DNA from: an uncultured Planctomycetaceae bacterium
Lineage (GTDB): Bacteria; Planctomycetota; Planctomycetia; Planctomycetales; Planctomycetaceae
NCBI GenBank assembly: GCA_963813715.1
Contig: CAWFAK010000016.1
Span: 352,001-416,000, forward strand
Direction of reading: 5' to 3'
Length of the DNA stretch: 64,000 nt
Made by a program: the position numbers and the translations under genes. How positions within the stretch are numbered: the stretch's first letter is position 1; the number at the start of each line of letters is the position of its first letter. The notes beneath the pieces were generated by a model. The model searched no databases and was not told the DNA's origin. It saw only the letters and a list, made by a program, of their open reading frames with translations. Positions 58,444 through 64,000 of the stretch are shown piece after piece.

Positions 58444-59439
58444 GGCGCTGGCAGTTCCCGCTGTCCGACTTTCGAGCCGACCGGCGCCGGACGGTCAGTG
58501 GCGGCACCCGGATTCCCGGCCTCGACTGGCCCGACCAGGATGGTCATGGTTGCGTTGAAACCGGGCCGCAGCACGTTGCCCGGATTGGGCACTTCCGCCC
58601 AGACGCGCGTCTGGCCGACGGTCGACACGGCGTCGACGAAACCGATCTTTCCGTGAAAGACCTGCTTCTCGACCGGGAGGTCGGCATTCTTGATGTTGAG
58701 GACAACGGTGACTGGAGAGCCCCGCTGGACCTGCCAGATGTCGTGTTCGTCAACCAGTCCTTCGACGTGAACCATGTCGGTGTTGACCATTTCCAGGATC
58801 GTGTCTCCCTGCTTCACGGCCTCGCCCCGATGTTTCAATACCTGGCTGACAGCGCCGTCGAAGGGAGCCAGAATGTGGTAGGTATCGAGCTCGACCTTGG
58901 CCTGCGTGGCCTTCATGTCGTTAACGGCCATGTCGTGCTTGGCCTTGTCGATCTGCAGACGCGCTTCGCTGTTCGGCCAGTTTGAGCCGCCGCAGCTCGA
59001 TATCCGAGATCGTTCCCGGGGCTTTCTTGTTGGCCTCGACGCTTTGGAGATATTCGACCGCGTCGACCGCGTTGAGTTTTTCGGCGTATCGAACTTCGAT
59101 CTTGTCGTCCGCGACGAGTTTGGCGACTTCCCAGTTGGCTCTGGGCACGTCGTCCATCAGCCGGACGATTTCCTCACCTTCTTTGACGGTATCACCTTCC
59201 TGGGGATCGATGCGGGCAATGACGCCCGGGCGGTCAGTGGCAACGCGGGCCGTTTTCACGGCCTTGATGTTGCAGTCTTTGATGACAATCTGACTGGACT
59301 GAGAGGGAGTTTGCAGGTCGGCGGCCGCCAACGGGCGATCCGATTCCGCAATAAAGGCCAGCGGCAGCAAGAATGCCACGGGCACCAAAAACGAGGCAGC
59401 CACCAGGCCGCTGGCCGCGATTGGTCGAAGCAGGTTCAT
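58440..59439 (-). CDS. HlyD/RND-type periplasmic adaptor subunit; frameshift near 58960
   Basis: EGDTVKEGE lipoyl-like motif, coiled coil, APFDG, LRPGF; stop overlaps the start of the M50 gene. Confidence 0.8.
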
Positions 59440-59822
59440 GGCACTACCCGAAAAAGGAACCGACCTTCCCTGAAAGACTTGGACGTCCCGCACAAGTTCC
59501 CCGCCAGCTCTTACAGGTCCCCAGCCACACTTTCAAAGTGAACCCAACTGTCACAGGGAAATTCTCACAGAACGTCCCACCCTCAACAAGACGCGGGCGG
59601 GACCCGTTCGGCAAGGTGCTGGTGACCGACCGGAAAATTCGTTTCAGCTTTCCGCGCCCGCGGGACGTCCGCGAGAGCCGTATTAGTTTTGCGACGCGGC
59701 ATCAATTAAATACGCTACTCGAGCCTTAGTCGCTGCACCTCCTGTGGCAAAGCGGACGATTTCCCCTAAGATTAGAAGACGGTTTTTCCGCCCGCCCGCG
59801 ATTTCCAAATCATTCTGGTCGC

Positions 59823-61845
59823 ATGACAAACGTCGCCAGTGTTCAGCAAGCGCGCGACCGCGTGCTGCAAATGGCCCGGCAGATCGAGGAGCTTGCCCAG
59901 ACGGCAGCCCCGCCGGAGACGTTTTTTCCCGAGTTCTTGCGACTCTTGGTCAACTCGCTGGGAGCGCGGGCCGGTGCGATCTGGCTGCTCGAGGGAGGAT
60001 CGCGGCTGCGGCTGGCCCATGAGCTCAAGTTCATCGAAATCGGCATTCGCGAGAATTCGCCGGCGGCCGCCCTCAACGACCGCCTGATCAACGAGGCCCT
60101 GACCACCGGTCAGGCGGTTAGTTTTGCCCCCGATGACCCCGCCAGCGCCAACAGGGTGCCGGCGCCCTACCTCGTGCTCTTGGCGGCGCTGCAGGTCGGC
60201 GAAGAGTCGATGGGAGTGGTCGAGGTCTTTCAGCGGGCCGACGCGCCGCGCGACGCCCGTCCCGGCTTTCTGCAGTTTGTCGAACAGATGGTCGGGCATG
60301 CCTCCGGCTACCTGCAACGGCAGCAGGTGGAGCGCCAGCCCCAAGATCCCGCTTCGTTTCTGGCCGACTTCGAGCAGTTTTTGCTGCAGTTGCAACGCGG
60401 CGAGAATGTGGAAGAAGTGGCGACGACTGCCGCCAACGACGGTCGGCAGCTACTCGGCTGCGATCGTCTCAGCGTCGCTGTGCATAAAGGGGTGAAGACC
60501 TCGATCGTGGCCATCAGCGGGCAGGACAGCGTCAATGCACGCTCGAACCTGGCACGTGCGATGGCTCTGCTAGCCGAACGAGTGATCGAGCTGCGCGAAC
60601 CGCTCACGTTCAGTGGCAAGATCGATGAACTGCCGCCGCAGGTCGAGCAGCCTCTGGCCGATTTCGTGCACGAGAGCGGATCCCGGATGGTGAAGTTGCT
60701 GCCGCTCGTCGAGCCGGAGCCGCTCGTTAGCCGGCGAGAAGAGGATCAAAAACGCAAATCGCCACCACGGCCGCGCGAGACGATCGGCTGCCTGGTGATC
60801 GAACAGACGGCCGAAAGCCGTCCGCGGCTCACGGTCGAATCCCGCTCCGGTCTGCTGGCCGAGCACGTCAGCGCGGTCATGACACGGGCCCGGCAAAGCG
60901 ATCGCATTTTGTTTTTGCGATTGTGGCAGGCCTTGGGCCACGGCGTGGAATGGTTCCACGGTCGCCGTCTGGCCAAGGCGCTGGCCGGGCTGGCCCTCGT
61001 GATTGCCGTAGTCGCTGCCCTGTGGCTCGTTCCATACGACTATCGGGTCACCGGCAAGGGAAAACTGATGCCTGTCCTGCGGCATCAGATCTTCGCGCCG
61101 AAACCGGCGATGTGATTCAGCTCTACGTCCACGGCGGCGACATGGTCAAGAAGGATCAGCGACTGCTGCAGCTGCGCAACCAACAGCTGACGGCCGAGCT
61201 GAACGAAAACGTCTCGAAGCTCGATCAAGCCGCGCAGCAGATGCGTTCTTCGGCGCGGTGCAGGTTGCGGCCGCGAAGGACGCCGACCGTCCGGCAGAGC
61301 TCCGCGCCAACGCCGAACGTCTCAAGGCCCAGGTTGAAGTCAAAGGCTTGACCGACATTGTCAACATCCAACAGGAGCGGGTCGACCATCTATTGCTGAC
61401 CGCGCCCATCGACGGACGGGTCGCTTCGTTCCAAGTCGAAGAGACGCTGCAGAATCGCCCGGTCCAGCAAGGCGAGATGTTGCTCGAAATCATGGACGAA
61501 AAGGGGCCCTGGCGGCTCGAGCTCGAGGTGGACGGCAACCGCATGGGCCACGTGCTGCGGGCCTGGAACGCCAGCCCGACGCACCAGCTCGAGGTTGAGT
61601 TCATCCCGGAAACGGCGCTCGAATCGACCTTTAACGCCACTCTCGATTCGATTGCCACGCGCTCGGCCGTCTCGGGTGAGCAGTCGAACATCTTCGAGAT
61701 GCACGCCTCGACCGACGCCTCGAAGATTCCCGACTTGTGGATCGGCGCCGAAGTGCGAGCGAAGATCAACTGCGGCAAACGAAGCCTGGGTTACGTCCTC
61801 TTTGGCGACGTGGTCGAATTCATCCGTCAGAAGCTTTGGCTCTGA
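59823..61845 (+). CDS. GAF-like domains plus TM plus HlyD-like adaptor protein (frameshifted)
   Basis: GARAGAIW, LGCDRLSV..AISGQ, TM, APIDG.V and GAEV.AKI.CG.RSLGYVLFGD motifs. Confidence 0.8.
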
Positions 61846-61912
61846 CAGACGCACGTGCGGTCCTGAAGCTGCGCTCGCGAGTAGTGGCGCTGCCCGCTAA
61901 ATCGATGCGGGA

Positions 61913-62179
61913 TCAACCCATCCAGCGGATGGTGCAAAGCTTGTAGTCGCTGCCCAGCTGCTTTCGCAGCAGGCCTTCGAGTTCGCTTTGCTCGAGATTT
62001 GTTTTGAGCAAGACGTCGTCGCGGACTCCGCGAATGAGATGATGTAACACGGCGTCGAGCGGCCGGGCGTTTGAATGGATGCCCTGATCTTCGAGCTCGA
62101 GCAGCTTCTTGCCAATGTTCTCGACCGAAGGTCCCAACGCCCGATCACTGATCGTGACTACGAAGGATCGATCCGTCAT
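61913..62179 (-). CDS. Small hypothetical protein (88 aa)
   Basis: ATG start with upstream AAAGGA; no motif recognised. Confidence 0.45.
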   Translation of the reverse strand: MTDRSFVVTISDRALGPSVENIGKKLLELEDQGIHSNARPLDAVLHHLIRGVRDDVLLKTNLEQSELEGLLRKQLGSDYKLCTIRWMG

Positions 62180-63048
62180 GTTCGGTCCTTTCAGAGATGT
62201 GAGCCAATTATAATCACGCCGGCGAAAGGATGTCGCGTGGCCATCGATTGATGTCAGTGCTCTAGCGGTCGGTCCAACCACCACCGCAATTCATCGTCCT
62301 CGTTGTGATCCAGGGTCGACTCGATTCAATTCGCCTTTGACAAAGGATTTTTGTCTGATCTGCAACGTCTTTCCGGGCAGTGCTTTGCGGCGTCTAATCT
62401 CGGCCTAAGTTCACTTCGTCCAATTGACCTCCGACCGCAGCAGTGCGAATAATTCGCCTGACGGATCAGGGCGGATGCCAGATCTGAGGTCGGCCCTTTG
62501 CTCTGGATCGCGGTGGCTGCGCGGGCAGTGGAGATCCGCGATTTCCGAAGCAAATCATGCGGAAACGGCGCGAAACCGTTCGGACAAAAATTTCTCTTTT
62601 TTTTCGTCTGACCGGTGGGATTGTTGGGCAGCAAAGTGGGATTGTGTTAGCATAGGCGGTTTATCACGGCGAATAATGGATTCGCCTTGGCTGGTTCTCG
62701 TTGGAGAGAAAGGATGCTATCACAGAGAACCCACTCTTCCCTCATTGCTTGCCGGCCATCCAGCAGCGTTTCTTCTGCAATCGGCCCCAGGGCGAGTACG
62801 TCGTAGGAGAGTGATCCTCCGCGACGATGCCGGGCTTGGTTTGCCTGCTGGCGGGACTCCCATGCTCCAGGCGGGCGTCGTGGACCGACAGGGCGATTAG
62901 CGCGAACGAGAGCGGTTTCGAAAGAGTCGTTTCTCCTATCGGCTGATTCGTCCGTCGGACGAGTGCAAGGAAGTACGAAAAGTTTGATTGGGCTTTCTCG
63001 TGCAAGGATGTGCGATCCGAAACGGTTCCATGTGGAAGGGAGCTTTCC

Positions 63049-64000
63049 GTGTATCAGGTTGATGCTGCACTAAAGAGCGTCGTTGACGGCGCCATGAAGC
63101 GCGGCTTTGTCTCGTATCATCAGGTCAATGAATATCTGCCCGACGAGGGGGGCGATCCGGGTCTGGCCGACCGATTGATTCTCACGATGGAGGAGTTGGG
63201 ACTCGATCTGGCCGACGACCCTCAGCGCCGAAAATTGCCGGACGCCGACGATCCGGCCAGCTCGCACTGGTCCGACGACAGCGACGGGGCGTCGCTGGCC
63301 CGCTCGATCATCGGGGCGGAGGCGGCCGCCCTGTCTTCCCGCGATCCCATCCGCATGTACTTGAGCCAGATGGGGAACATTCCCCTCTTGTCGCGCGAAC
63401 GCGAAATCTTCCTGGCCAAGCAGATCGAAATCACCCGCAAGCGATTTCGCCGCACCGTGCTCGAGTCCGACTTCGCCCTGAAGATCGCGGTCGAGACATT
63501 TGAGAAGGTGCGGGCCAACGAACTGCCCTTTGAACGGACGCTCCGCACGTCCGAGACCGAGGCGGTCGGCAAGGAGCAGATCCAAGGGCGGATGACCGAG
63601 AATCTGAAAACGCTCAGGGTCCTGCTCGAAAAGAACGCAGTCGACTCTCGGATTGCCCGCAATGCCGAAGCTCCCAAAGAAAAGCGCAAGGCGGCCGAAG
63701 ATCGCATGAAGATCCGCCGCCGAAAGATGGCCACGCTGTGCGAAGAGTTGAGCCTCCGCACGCAGCGTTTGCAGCCCATCATGAAGCGGATGCATCAGGT
63801 CGCGGAACGCATCACCGAACTGCAACGGCAGTTGCAACGCAGCTCGCGGAGCCACTCGAAGAATAACGAGGCCGAGCTGCTCAAGCGTGAGCTGGCGGAA
63901 ATCGTCGAGATGGTCCTCGAGACGCCGGAGCAGTTCCGGGCCCGCAGCCGCGAGATTAAGCGCCGTTTCGACGCCTGGACCGACGCCAAGCAAAAGCTCA
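63049..64000 (+). CDS. rpoD: RNA polymerase sigma-70 factor, RpoD-like (5' part; runs off the window)
   Basis: Region 1.1 (KRGFVSYHQVNEYLP) and region 1.2 (DPIRMYLSQMGNIPLLSRERE..LAKQIE); not in the supplied ORF track because it lacks a stop. Confidence 0.85.
   Translation, partial: MYQVDAALKSVVDGAMKRGFVSYHQVNEYLPDEGGDPGLADRLILTMEELGLDLADDPQRRKLPDADDPASSHWSDDSDGASLARSIIGAEAAALSSRDPIRMYLSQMGNIPLLSREREIFLAKQIEITRKRFRRTVLESDFALKIAVETFEKVRANELPFERTLRTSETEAVGKEQIQGRMTENLKTLRVLLEKNAVDSRIARNAEAPKEKRKAAEDRMKIRRRKMATLCEELSLRTQRLQPIMKRMHQVAERITELQRQLQRSSRSHSKNNEAELLKRELAEIVEMVLETPEQFRARSREIKRRFDAWTDAKQKL

Noticed and set aside
63070..63993. 307-aa minus-strand ORF
   Set aside because: Antisense shadow of the RpoD-like gene on the + strand.

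Overview
GC-rich bacterial DNA, very likely from a planctomycete: it carries a PVC-type heme/HEAT dehydrogenase, an LE-x-LE-x-R-x-LL extracellular protein, an fhcB/fwdB-like gene and M50/HlyD fusion proteins. Many conserved genes are split by single-base frameshifts, which looks like uncorrected long-read indel error rather than real pseudogenisation. Main content: (i) a 10.5-kb minus-strand respiratory operon joining a caa3-type oxidase to a Rieske/cytochrome b complex, with unusual accessory subunits (15.8-26.4 kb); (ii) an accessory/defence and repeat hotspot (35-46 kb) with a DUF4062-like gene, Mrr, several REP-like families, a strand-polarised array of GGGACGGGACAC motifs, a 226-bp tandem repeat, a complete IS4-family element and a complete IS110-family element whose bridge-RNA guides can be read and matched to its own donor junction and flank; (iii) an aldehyde dehydrogenase-fhcB block; (iv) a three-gene M50-peptidase/HlyD/GAF putative export module; (v) the 5' part of an RpoD-like sigma factor. 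No rRNA, tRNA or CRISPR array was recognised. All calls come from visual motif recognition; no database searches were run.
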